The translations under genes and the position numbers were made by a program. Below are positions 23,179-34,993 of a DNA stretch of 64,000 nt, one piece after another. The stretch covers positions 1-64,000 of the forward strand of contig NKIB01011728.1 in assembly GCA_002256025.1 (NCBI GenBank), in the 5' to 3' direction. The DNA is from Asterionella formosa (taxonomy: Eukaryota). The stretch's first letter is position 1. Every line of letters begins with the position of its first letter. The notes under the pieces were generated by a model. It saw only the letters and a list, made by a program, of their open reading frames with translations. It was not told the origin of the DNA and searched no databases.

Positions 23179-24806
23179 ATGAAGGTTTCCGCTCTTGCCG
23201 TGGCTTTGGCCTTGTCGCCTCTTTCTGTTGGAGCCTTTAGTGTCTCATCCAAGGCGTTTAGGACCACTACTGCTTTGCAATCTACAACTGCTCCAGAGCG
23301 AGTCGCTCCCGATGCTGGCTATGCCCCTGATTGGGAAGATCGACCAGGTCTTCCAGACGCGGAGTACATGGCGAGTGATATGACCAAGCCTGATAGGAGT
23401 GGGATGTGGGAGTGTCCTTTGACTCGTTGGGATTCGGACGGGTAAGCGAGGCGCAATACATTGCACCGTGTTTATAGAGTGCTTTGCGAACCATTCATCG
23501 ACTCACATTACGATTCGTGCATTTACTTTGATTACTAAAGTATCGACGTCGCCAAGGCTCAGAGGGAGGCTGCCAAGATGCCAAAATGCCCACTGGAGGT
23601 TCGTGCCAGTGCTGCAGACAACGCAAAGGGTGCAGACTACTTTGTGCAAAACAAGAAAAAGCTCCGTGCAGATCTTCTCAAATATGGAGCCATTTGGTTC
23701 AGAGGTTTTGATCTTATGAAAAGTGTCAAAGGACACCGCATCATGTATGAATCGTTGGGGTTGGATCCTTGTTTGGATCCTTTGCATTCCTCTGGACTTC
23801 GCAAGTTTGCCTCCGAGCGTGATGCTCTCTACGAAGAGGTGAGTTCATGTGACAGGTTACAACTTCATTTAAACTGTCATGATGCGCTGCAAATATATCT
23901 AACACAAATATGGGGTTTAGGTCAACAAACCATCGCTCCGAGGTCACTACATCGGATTGCACTGTGAGTCCACAAGTAAGCGAACTGCTGCCTACGCGGC
24001 CTTTGTTTGCTTCAAAAAGGCAACAGAGGGGGGTGGACGTTTCTTGGTGGCCGACGGTGCCGCTATTTTGGCGGAATTGGATACCAAAGTCTTGCAAAAG
24101 TTGTACGATCGCAAGATTCGAATTTCTGTTTCCAACTTGGACATTCCCCCAGCTCTTCCAGGATTCGTCAAGGAAGGTATTATGAAGTTGGTCGACGCTG
24201 CTGTAGCCCCCAAGTTTGATATGGATTTGGAAATGATTTATGAGAGCGATGGTAAGCCAGGACGATTACAGGCGGTTGAGACGGCCGAATCTCCTATCAA
24301 CCGCCATCCAGTTACTGGGTTACCAGTCTGGTTCAACAACGCACACAACCATGCCAGAAAGCTCAGGGATCGCAGACCATGTGGTGTTCCCGAGGTTGGT
24401 ATGACCGAAGTATTTTATGCGGATACAATGGAGCCTTTGACGGAAGAAGATTGTGCTGAAATCAAGCGGTACGCATTATTCTTGATTGATGGCTGGTTGA
24501 TCCATCGTTGCACCCTTTAACTCACATTTTTCACACAACATCTTGGTGTATAGCGCTTCGGAGAAGCACATAACGGCTCTACCCATGGAACCCGGTGACG
24601 TCTTGTTGGTAGACAACTATCGTGCCTTACATGGACGTGATGTGTTCCAGGGTGACCGATTTCATGCTGTTTCGTGGTTCACTTGGGACAACAATGAGGA
24701 ATGGCGTGGAGATGAAAGGCGAATCATTGAAAAGAACGGACTAAACAAGGCAATAAATGCAATGATGGATTGGTTGCCAAAGGATTTCGAGAGCAATCAA
24801 AATTAA
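23179..24806 (+). CDS. TauD/TfdA-family Fe(II)/2-oxoglutarate dioxygenase, plastid-targeted (introns 23442-23540, 23839-23920, 24469-24553)
   Basis: Presequence VGA-F; GAIWFRGF, IGLHCE (HxE), HPVTG.PVWFN, GDVLLVDNYRALHGR; three GT-AG introns restore one frame. Confidence 0.85.
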
Positions 24807-25571
24807 GAAAGTATAAATGACATTCGATCCCTAGACAAAAATAGGAAGCACAACCATGATGAATTAAAGGGCGATGAATTCGTGCCTCGCCTTGTTTCTC
24901 TAGGACTCAATGGTGTTTTGCACAAACCAAAGAGCGTAGGTACTTAACCTCCGGGATCTGGTAGGAGTACCTACCATCTATCTTTAGATCTACTACCTAT
25001 ATGTTCTTGTTTCCTCGGATCGCGAGTCCCGCATCCAGCCATGCATCAATCGCCTACACAGTATTAGGGAGCAGTTCCATCAGCAAGGGACTGGTTTGCA
25101 ACAAGTGGAAGTCAAGGTAGTGAAGGATTTTTGATGGGTTCCCATCTGAAACTTCAACTTCTACGAGAGGCCCTACAGATGGCCTTCGTACCTAAGATCG
25201 TAATTATCCGGGTTCCCAATCGGAAACGTACTAAATTCTAGGGAGTACAAGGGGACATACCGGTAATAATACTAAATACATACCGGTAGGTAAGTGCAGT
25301 ATGCATTATATTACCAGTTCCGTAAAAGATCATCTGGAGTACCCGGTATGCATAGATCCCAGTATACTGGTACACAAAATACGTACCGCTACAACATGTG
25401 GGAAGAACTTGAGACGAATTCGGATTCATGCACCTTATCCTTCATCTACTGCCGACCATTTGTTTGTCGATATTAAGGCCTAAGCATTTACCGGTACACA
25501 ACAGCATAAATTGCTGTTAACCAACTTTTCGGATTTCTTACTTCGCAGAACGAGATCTCTACATTTTTGTC

Positions 25572-27930
25572 ATGAGTGGCTTACGATGGACAGCAGCACT
25601 TGCCATTGCTGTTGCTCTTTCTAACGTTCAAAATAGCTTGTCATTTGCACCCAGCAAGGCCATACGAGCATGTTCTGCAGTAGAATACCGTACTCGTTCA
25701 ACGCGCCGCTACGTGTCAGAACTTGAAAAAACCGCGGTGGAAACGCCAATGCCTTCGCTCGAAGCCAGGAGGGAATTAGATCAGCGTTTGGCCGCTAATA
25801 TTCCTCAAACACTTAGAACAGCGGGAAGTGGTATCCCGGCTAGAAACTCTCCCGTTCAATTGCTTGATCCGTCAATGTATGAGTCCACTTTAATACAGTC
25901 TTGGGAAGAGGACCCAGCGAAACAACGAGGCTTTGATTGGGAGATTGAAAAGGCGCGACGCTACTTTGCAGGCCTTAGAATGCGTGACGATGGGGCTTGG
26001 GTTCGGCAGCCATCCTTGTTTGACTTTTTGGTTAGCAGAGGACGCGTATCAGCGGTCAGGGCTCAAGGGGCACCTTTGCCCGTTAATCCGATTGATGTAA
26101 TCATCTTGGTGGCTACCAACTTTCTCGCCCACATTGGGTTTGGTCCTTCTCTCGGCATGGCAGCAGTTCCAGATGCTGTGATTCAAAAGTATGAAGGATC
26201 CTTCCTTTCCTTCATCAAGGGGGCATTGGGCGGCGACTTGCAAACCCTTGCAGGTGGTCCGCTATTTTTGTTACTGGCAAAGTATTACAAAGACTATGGA
26301 CCAATCTTTAACCTGAGTTTCGGTCCAAAGTCCTTCTTGGTAATATCAGACCCGGTCATGGCTCGACACATTCTCAGAGAAAGCTCACCAGAACAATACT
26401 GCAAGGGTATGCTCGCTGAAATCTTGGAACCTATCATGGGCAAGGGCTTGATTCCGGCCGATCCCGTCACTTGGAACGTGCGTCGCCGGGCTGTAGTGCC
26501 TGCATTTCACAAGAAATGGTTGCAACGAATGGTCGGACTCTTCGCGGATAGTGCCGAGATTTTGGTTGGCGATTTGGAAGGCAAGACCAAGACTGGCGTT
26601 GTAGTTGACATGGAAGAACGATTCTGTTCTGTCACTCTTGATATCATTGGAAAATCTGTGTTCAACTACGATTTCGGATCAGTGACAAAGGAGAGTCCAA
26701 TCATCAAGGCTGTTTACCGCGTTCTTCGTGAGGCTGAGCATCGATCGTCGTCGTTTATTCCATACTGGAACTTGCCTTATGCCGACAAGTGGATGGGAGG
26801 ACAAGTTGAATTTCGCAAAGATATGACCATGTTGGATGATATTCTCGCCGACCTGATCAATGACGCTGTCTCGACGCGACGGGAAGCTACTGTTGAGGAG
26901 CTTGAAGAACGTGAGAATTCGGATGATCCTTCGTTGTTGCGTTTCTTGTGTGATATGAGAGGAGAAGATCTCACATCTGTAGTCCTCCGAGACGACCTTA
27001 TGACAATGTTGATTGCCGGACACGAAACTACAGCAGCCATGCTAACTTGGTGCCTTTTCGAGCTGTCCCAGGGCGCTCCTGGTATGCTTCGTGAGGTTCA
27101 AAGCGAGGTTCGCACGATTATGAATGGGAAATCAAGACCTGATTATGATGATTTGATGGAAATGAAAAAACTTCGTTTCTCCCTAATCGAAGCTCTACGA
27201 CTTTACCCCGAGCCTCCAGTTTTGATTCGCCGTGCACGATCTGAGGACACTCTACCTGCTGGAGGGTCTGATTTCAAACAGGGAATCAAGGTGCTTAGAG
27301 GCACAGATATTTTTATTTCAACCTGGAACTTGCACCGATCACCAGAACTTTGGGAAGATCCTGAGAAGTTCGATCCGACCAGATGGGAGAGACCTTTTAC
27401 CAATGCAGGTGTTGAAGGCTGGCAAGGATATAACCCAGATAAAATTACTGGTCTGTATCCCAACGAGATCGCCGCAGACTGTGCCTTCCTGCCTTTTGGA
27501 GGGGGAAAGAGAAAATGTATTGGTGACCAATTCGCCATGATGGAGGCTATTGTTACAATGGTAGGTTTTACAATGCCTACCAGTTATCATTTTTGCATTA
27601 AATCCAACGACTAACTTTGACTCCCATAACTAACGTTTTGCTGAACAGGCTATGATGCTAAACAACTTCGAGTTCACATTTGCTACTTGTCCCGAAGACG
27701 TTGGCATGAAAACTGGAGCCACGATTCACACAATGAATGGACTCAACATGAATATTCGAAAATTTTCGCCGGATGCACCATTGTCGACTGCAGATGGATG
27801 GTGGGAACAACAGCACTTGAAACGGGGTCTGAAAGCAACTGGTAAACCGTACAGTTCCGAGGAGGACGCCGTTTGGCAATCGAGTGAACACACCAATGGG
27901 AAGGAAGCTGGCTCCCCCACCCTCCAATAA
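25572..27930 (+). CDS. CYP97: Cytochrome P450 CYP97 family (LUT-like carotenoid hydroxylase), plastid-targeted (intron 27561-27648)
   Basis: FGPKSFLVISDP, KGMLAEILEPIMGKGLIPAD, LRDDLMTMLIAGHETT, EALR, FLPFGGGKRKCIGDQFA heme motif; presequence LS-FAP. Confidence 0.93.
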
Positions 27931-28137
27931 TGAAGCTACTAGATAAAGTGATGATAAATGTTAATTAAACTATGCATAAATGCTGTAATTTACTCTCCTT
28001 AGCTCTACATATCGTCTCCAGGATCCATGGGTGACTTGTCGTAGCATCGAACCAGTCAGTTAAATCTACATCGGGGGCATCTTACTCCAAGATTAGCCAA
28101 TGCGCCGAAATTTGAGAGGGTCGCTCTATCCGCTTTT

Positions 28138-28842
28138 CTAATCAATGCACATCAAACTTTCGCGTGTGTCAACGCCAGTGACTGGGTTTGTTCCCTTTGC
28201 CGTTGGATGGCCGCATAGGTACAACTTCTGATCCTTTCTGAGCTCTGTGTCAGTCCAGTCTGTGTTTTCTATACTCTTGATACCTTCGAACAGAGTCGAA
28301 CCCGACACATACATCTCGCGTACAACAGCATTCTTCAGGTTCGCTCTGTTGAACTGAGCCATCTCAAAGTTCGCTTGAGTCAAGTCTGTGTCCTCAAAGT
28401 CAGTTCCGTCAACGGTGGCGTCAAAGAATGACGAACCAACAAGGTTGGATCCCTTGAAAGATGCATCGCGAACAATACTTTGCTGAAACGCCACACCCTT
28501 GAGGTTCTGAAACGAGAAATCTTGTCGATCCAGGTTGACTCCTCGGGTAATCGAAATGGTTCGGCCACTCTGCAAGGTAGACGCTCCCCCTTTCGTGATC
28601 TTGGCGTTCGCGCCTGAGCTAGCTCCTTCGTCCGCAAAGGCAGAAGATCCGAGTGACAGAGCACCAGATAGCAAAGCCACCATAGAAGCCTTGGCGACGG
28701 TTGTCATAAGATCGGCAGCAGGCGATGGAATAGCAAGCACTGTCGGTTTTTTTGACGGGAATACCGGTATGCCAAATCCGGTCACCTTGGAAACGACCGA
28801 GCTCGACATTAAGGCAGCAAAGAAAGTGGCAGAAATCTTCAT
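28138..28842 (-). CDS. Thylakoid-lumen pentapeptide-repeat protein
   Basis: Presequence with AFA lumen-peptidase site; pentapeptide repeats; C-terminal LC...AKGTNPVTGVDTRESLMC. Confidence 0.88.
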   Translation of the reverse strand: MKISATFFAALMSSSVVSKVTGFGIPVFPSKKPTVLAIPSPAADLMTTVAKASMVALLSGALSLGSSAFADEGASSGANAKITKGGASTLQSGRTISITRGVNLDRQDFSFQNLKGVAFQQSIVRDASFKGSNLVGSSFFDATVDGTDFEDTDLTQANFEMAQFNRANLKNAVVREMYVSGSTLFEGIKSIENTDWTDTELRKDQKLYLCGHPTAKGTNPVTGVDTRESLMCID

Positions 28843-30984
28843 AGTTTCGATGGGTTAATCGAAATACAAGAATAAAAACAACTAAGTGATCGAGCCAAAG
28901 TTCAAAAGAGCTATCTGGCCAACTCCTTCAGTAGAAGGTTGGAAGATGGCTGAGTTCTTGACAACGAAGGAAACGGCCTGATATAGAAGCAAGTTAGCCC
29001 CATCACTGTCAGTCCTCCCTCACACGGCAAAGGAGTTCCCTAATGTGTCATCTTTTTGTACCTTGGTACTTTGTACCTGGTATCTGGTACGGAGTACCGG
29101 GTAGTATTGTATCATGAATCATGATACCAGGTAATCTGGTACCTGGTGCCGCATGATTATATTTTTCCACACTCCTCGCTCCTCGGCAAGATTGTTTACA
29201 AGATGATTCGCCTGACGATGAGCGAGGATGCATACGGCGACCAATTTCACAGATGCTATTGTTAGGGTTCAAAGGATTTACTCGAACAGAGAAGCATGGA
29301 CACTTGCTTGCCATGGCAATTGTTCCAGCTCCAGCTATCGTCTTGCCATTCTGGTACTTCTAAGTAATTATTAGGTTCTAAGTAATTTCTTAAGTAATGT
29401 TTATTTAAGGGCAATATGGGGGACATCGAATTTTTCGGCATCAAAATTGCCAATTTGAGCATGACAACCAGAATAACGGTAATATGCATAGAGATGGTAC
29501 AACAAGCGTAAAACACACGAGAATGATTGTAACATGCAACATCAATGAAAATTGAACAAGATGTTAAGCAACCAAACTATGAAATGCGATGTAATAAGTA
29601 GCATCAAATGCGAAAAAGAAAAAATTGTTTTGGGTTAGAAATGAAGTAAAAAATAATAAGAGTTTCAATGGAGACATATGCATTGTGAATCATTGTAGTA
29701 CTTACACAGGCAACATTGACTTTCCATCACCACACAATCAAAGACCGAAAGAAGAAGAAAAAAGCTGAACCCAATCTTGACCTGCATTGTTATGTAGCGT
29801 AAATGGTCTAGTTGCTGCAACCATGCACATTGCTGTAGTAGCCTGACACCAGTAGCAGCATTTCCGCCACAGTCATTCCTCTCCGCCGCCCACCAAACAA
29901 GCAACCCTGATCATTCCATTCTGAGCAAGCATGATCGCCACGCTGCTCCAGCACTATTGACTCCCTCTAGCTGAGTATTCATGTAGCTTATGATATGAAC
30001 TCGTAATAGAAATGTAGCAAAGCGCATTAGTACAAGAAAAGCATTGCTTGGCGGCCATATTGACATCATTTGCAATAACTATACAAATCAACAAATATGA
30101 TCAACAATGACACAATACCACATCTTCAATGAGTAGTCATTGATAAATGCATTGGTTCTTATGTAGATAAATACAATCAAAACAAAACGACAGTGCAGAA
30201 CGACAAACAACGATGGAAGCGATCAAAACGGACCACGGAAGCTATCAAATCGGAAAGTTGATAAATATGATCTACAATCCACATTCAGTGTTTCACTGTT
30301 GTACTTTCCGATCCGCTTCAACTAGCATAACAAGCAGCAGATGATGGGATCAAAGAAAGACAAATGTTGCCTATTGCAAGCCCGAATAGAGCAAAGGCAG
30401 GCAAGATAGAGTGAGAACAATAATTGTGAGGACAAAATCAGGCATACGGTATGTAAAATCAATGAATATGTGAACGATATAATTTAACATACAGGTCTTG
30501 TAAAAGTAAAACCGAGTCTACAGAGATGGTATTATAACGTGTTCAAAGTAAGCATTAAAGTATAGCTTAAACCATTTATGGTTGTTTTTAGTAGGACATA
30601 CGTATGTAGACCAGATGACTGCCAGTGGTACTGGTAGAATATCCGTTAAGCATCATCACATGCATGACTGGAGCGAAAACTTGCCACCAACATCAGATGT
30701 ATCAATATCATTGTTCATCCAACGAAATATGGACAATGTGACTACATGAATCCCTCGAGAATACAAGCAATCCAACAACCAACTGCATCCATTAGGCAAT
30801 GAATTGCTACTGGCATCATCGCGGAACTGATTTCGCTTCAAACCGGTCATGATGGACAATGATTGGAATGGTCAAAGGTGAATTGCTGGAGTCCACTTTT
30901 CAGGAGACAAACAAAAACGAGGTGAATTCTAGATATAAATGATCAAATCTGATTGGTATATAAAATGGTTTCCTTAAGTAGACC

Positions 30985-31445
30985 CCTTGCCGATTTCGGC
31001 AATCCCAGGGCTGGAAAACCGAGGGGCAATTGGCGTCTGTTGTCTTGCGAAAAAGCGAACATGTGAAATATTCAAAATTTATTTTAATGATGGGCAATAT
31101 CGGACCTTTGGCAATTTTCGAGGTGAAGATAGGAAATATAACAACTTTATTTATATGATGGGCAATAGTAGGCTAAAATTGACATTTATGCTTTGTATGT
31201 GGGCAGTAGGTAAGCGAATGAGACGACAATAGCTAGAGCCGGAATTGCCTCAACAAATACCCTTCTCGACGGCTACTTGTCTTCTCGCATTCATGTGTAC
31301 TCAGCTGGGATGGCACTCGTAGGGTGACCTCCCCGCAGCGCCGGGGGCGCCACTCGTGCGGTCAACCTACTCGCGCCACCCAGCCTCGAACACATGTATA
31401 TTCGCAGGCAAGAGACCACCTCGGGCGTGTATTGCCTTCAGCAGG
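30985..31445. repeat. Left arm of diverged inverted repeat (probable transposon terminus) with GC-rich hairpin
   Basis: Reverse complement aligns patchily with 33995-34462 (ccggcgctgcg, aggcaattc, attgccc..cat...aaa units, ggattgcc.aaat.gg). Confidence 0.6.
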
Positions 31446-32053
31446 TACGTACATCCTACTCTGGGCGATGGCTTGCTTATTTCTTATGAGGAGCGATGAG
31501 CGAGGTACGGTCCAATTGCTGCTGTAGGATTCTACGCACAAGAAAAAAATCAAAAAAGTCGAGCGAGGGTTCACCTTTTTGTCGTGTGTTCTATAGAACA
31601 AGCAAACGAACCGGTACTTCTATGAAGAACAAATGAGAATACAACGTATATTGGTACACCGATATGTTGTCTCATGTCACTCAAAGCCACGAGGGATAGT
31701 GTGGTAGTGCTACGCGTCATTACCCCCCTCCCATCTCAAGAAAAAAAATGAGAAATCATTGGTGTTTGTAGTGATTTCCCAATTGAAGGTGGGATGGGTA
31801 ATAAAGATATAATAGGATACAAAGGTCGATTAATCATATTTGTTGTTAAGATATTTCTAGCCTCCGAGTGTGATGATGTCGTCCGTTGATATCATCAGCA
31901 TCGAATAAGGGTTGAGCAGCTGCAACTGTGTATTGGATTGATTTGAGAATACATTGAAGGGCCAGAAAGGTCTATTGTATATATAGCATGTTATAGCGAT
32001 GTTTGATGTATGAGTCGCAATAATCGGGAATGCCGATAATCCATAATGCATCA

Positions 32054-33201
32054 TCAACACGCAGCCGTCATGGCTGAGAAGTTGACGGTTGACTTGGAGA
32101 GCATCATCAAAAGGTTTGCGGCGTCATCGTCATTATCTGAAAGACTTGAGTTGTCACTAACGGCATGGTCATCGGATGCAGACCAAGACATAGGACTAGC
32201 AAGTGGACGAAGAGCTGAAGGCTGGCTTTGCTCAGGGCTGCAGTGGACGACCAAAGGAATTTGATTGGGTACAATGCCCAATTCCAAATCCTGTTGTAAT
32301 AAGTGGCGCATATGCTCGAGTTGAAGAATTTTGCCACTAACTCCGATTTCATCCTCAACTGTGCTGACTGCCAGCTCTTTGCGGACCCTACGTCCTTCCG
32401 AGGTCTTGGCAGATTCGCATGGCTCCACTCTCTTCAGCTGTAGGACAGTCGTGATATCTGCAGTACCATTCTCGGCAAGGTCCCGATTCACCCATAGAGC
32501 AGTAGTTGTAGATCCCGTCGTGCTGAAAGAACGAACATGGACGAAACCGTAGTAATTCAGTTGACGCCGAAAGGTCTTGAAGTTCCTTGTGTTAAAATAC
32601 CTGGGGAGAATTGTTTTTGCAAACGCATCAGTAGAATGGAGAACGAGCAGTCCTCGGCGCCACTCCACAATGCCAGAGTTTTGTTCTTTTTGTAGCATGT
32701 CATGCAGGCGGCGCACGAACTTGTTGAGACGCGTTCCTGGTGATTGCGAGGAGCGTCTGGGCTTTGAACTAGGTGAACTACATTCGTTGATGCCTGAGAG
32801 TCGCAAAATAGGATACGTGAGTTTTTGCCAGTTTTGCGCATCATGAAAAGAACGCAATAATTTAGGGTTCTCTCTTTCAGTCTTCGTGTTTGAAAATGCA
32901 TTCCGATATCAGCGACTACTCGCCAGTACCTGGACGTACCATCGTTGGGAATCACCAAACTTGCGCTTGTCATCGATATCATTGATTCATTAGCGATAAC
33001 CAATGGGCATGTGCTCACTGTAGAGACTACTGATGAAGGAACATCCCCTCGTGGCGTCGAGTTTGGTGAAACTAGAGCCATTGCAGTGGGTGCTGAGTTC
33101 AGAGGCAGGGTCAAGGCTTGCAAAGCCGACATCTCAGGCGCTTCACATATAGTGAATGCAGAAGTGTTGGGATGAATATAGTGGGTCATTGCCATTGCCA
33201 T
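32054..33201 (-). CDS. Heat shock factor (HSF)-type transcription factor (intron 32794-32939)
   Basis: KFVRRLHDML...IVEW...FAKTILPRYFNTRNFKTFRRQLNYYGF; a phase-1 GTACGT...CAG intron joins the two ORFs. Confidence 0.9.
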
Positions 33202-33994
33202 GATTGAATTAATGGGGCTTCACCTGGCGAGGGAAAAGTTATGAGAGACGAGAACCCAGATAAACATGTCATATTCCAAAACTATCTATCTAGTGTCTGC
33301 GATCAAATGGCCATGATTGCCAGGACACTTACGAAGCTTATTCGGATATATAATGCAACAATTCGATCAGAGTAGCTCAAAGGTGAATGCTTCGAGGCTA
33401 TCTTTGTATGACGACGTTGTGTTTTCGCCTTCCTAAAATAAAAGTAGGAAAGAAGAAAACGTGGACGAGGTGAGCAAATCTTGAGGATTGATTTGCGTCG
33501 TTTCTTCCTTTGTTACTGCCTTTCGTAGAATCTACATCGGGGAAAGACACCTGGTTTTGGCTCGTGAGGCACTCAGTGAAGTCACTGAAAGAGGAGTGGT
33601 GGACAGGCGCACCTGTTCTCGTTTGTGCAAGTCACGACCCTACATTACCACCCCATAGACACCAGGACTAGTCCGGGAGATTTTGAGCAGATACTTGACG
33701 CTGAGGAGATTTACAGCTGGTGCGAACCTCGGGTGTCAATAAAAAGGCAAAAGTAACTGCAAGTTGTGACACCTCGAACGTTGGTTGGCCCGAGTTTCCA
33801 CACCAGCAGGAGATGCATGATCAGACATACGTACCGGTACTGTACCACCTGTATTTAGGTTGACGAAACAATGCGGAGTGGGCCAATGCTGATTGGTGGA
33901 TGTTTGCCACAGCTAGCATGCTGTTAAGGATTCTCAGTGCAAACAATATGAAATTTTTACTATGACAGCTATATATACATTTATTTACTGAACA

Positions 33995-34462
33995 GGTTAA
34001 GACACGACTGAGGGTGGAGCTAGCATGCCAGTATTTCCGGCGCTGCGACAAGGTCTACCTGGTGCGAGGGCCTCCCCGGCCTTGAGAACAACTGTGCAAG
34101 TAGGCAGACTCCTCCCGAGTACGTAGGGTCTTAACTACCGGTAGGCAATTCACAGCCTGGCTATCGGCGCGCTTTTCACAACCGTATTGCCTTTTCAGTA
34201 ACATTGAAAACATATTTTAGATAGTTTGTATGTTCGTTCCGAAGTGGCCAATTGCCCTTCATCTAAAACATTTTTCGGATATTTAATATGTTCTGTTGTT
34301 GGATTACTCAATTCTGCAATAGTCCTCCATATAAAACATATTTTGCACATTTCCTATGCTCGTCTCTGTTTCTGGATTGCCAAACTAACATCAATACTTC
34401 CAGTAGCCCCTCAATTTGCCTGCTGTTTAACAGAAGGAAATTGGACTGCCAAAATTGGAAGT
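33995..34462. repeat. Right arm of diverged inverted repeat flanking the HSF gene
   Basis: Homology blocks to the reverse complement of 30985-31390. Confidence 0.55.
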
Positions 34463-34740
34463 GAGTAGGATGACCCACAAAATGATGGTTATCTGTCAAG
34501 TGTCAATGGCAATTCCACATTAAAATGCTCCCCATTGTCAAGCTTGTCCAAAACTATACAGACTGTGTTCATTGAAGAAAAAGTACTGATTCATTATCAA
34601 ATAAATAAAGCTGGTTGTTGATGATTCAACTTATTGCGTTCTGCATTGACTCCTATTTCGCAATCATTAGGAAAGGAGCGAGTGATACATAGGTTGATTG
34701 TTGTCATGGTTGAGTTGTTCCTGCCATGGTCTATAATACA

Positions 34741-34993
34741 AAAAAAATTGAAATGTTAATTAAGTTTTATAGTATATTAAAGCTATCCAATAATCGCACT
34801 TGTGCCCCCTTGAATGGAAACAATTAGTACCGGTTTTCCTCGTCTGTATGGTAGTACAACAGGACCTGTCGCTTCATAGTAAGCCTCACCCCCCGGAACC
34901 CTAGGGACTACATAAAAGAAAAAGACAGGTGGAGAATGCAGGAATCGAACCAGCAACCTCATGAGGTGTGCTAACCAGTTTAGCCATTCCCCC
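34741..34993 (-). mobile_element. tRNA-headed SINE-like element, family 2
   Basis: Head GGGGAATGGCTAAACTGGTTAGC...GGTTCGATTCCTGCATTCTCCA folds into a cloverleaf with a truncated anticodon arm; A and B boxes present; ends CTATAAAA plus T-run like family 1. Confidence 0.65.

Noticed and set aside
31250..31455. Variant U1 snRNA or TPP riboswitch on the minus strand
   Set aside because: Has ACGUACCUG and an Sm-like AUUUGUUG, but lacks the U1-70K/U1A loops and correct spacing; TPP core motifs are incomplete; part of the region is homologous to the repeat arm at 34.0-34.1 kb
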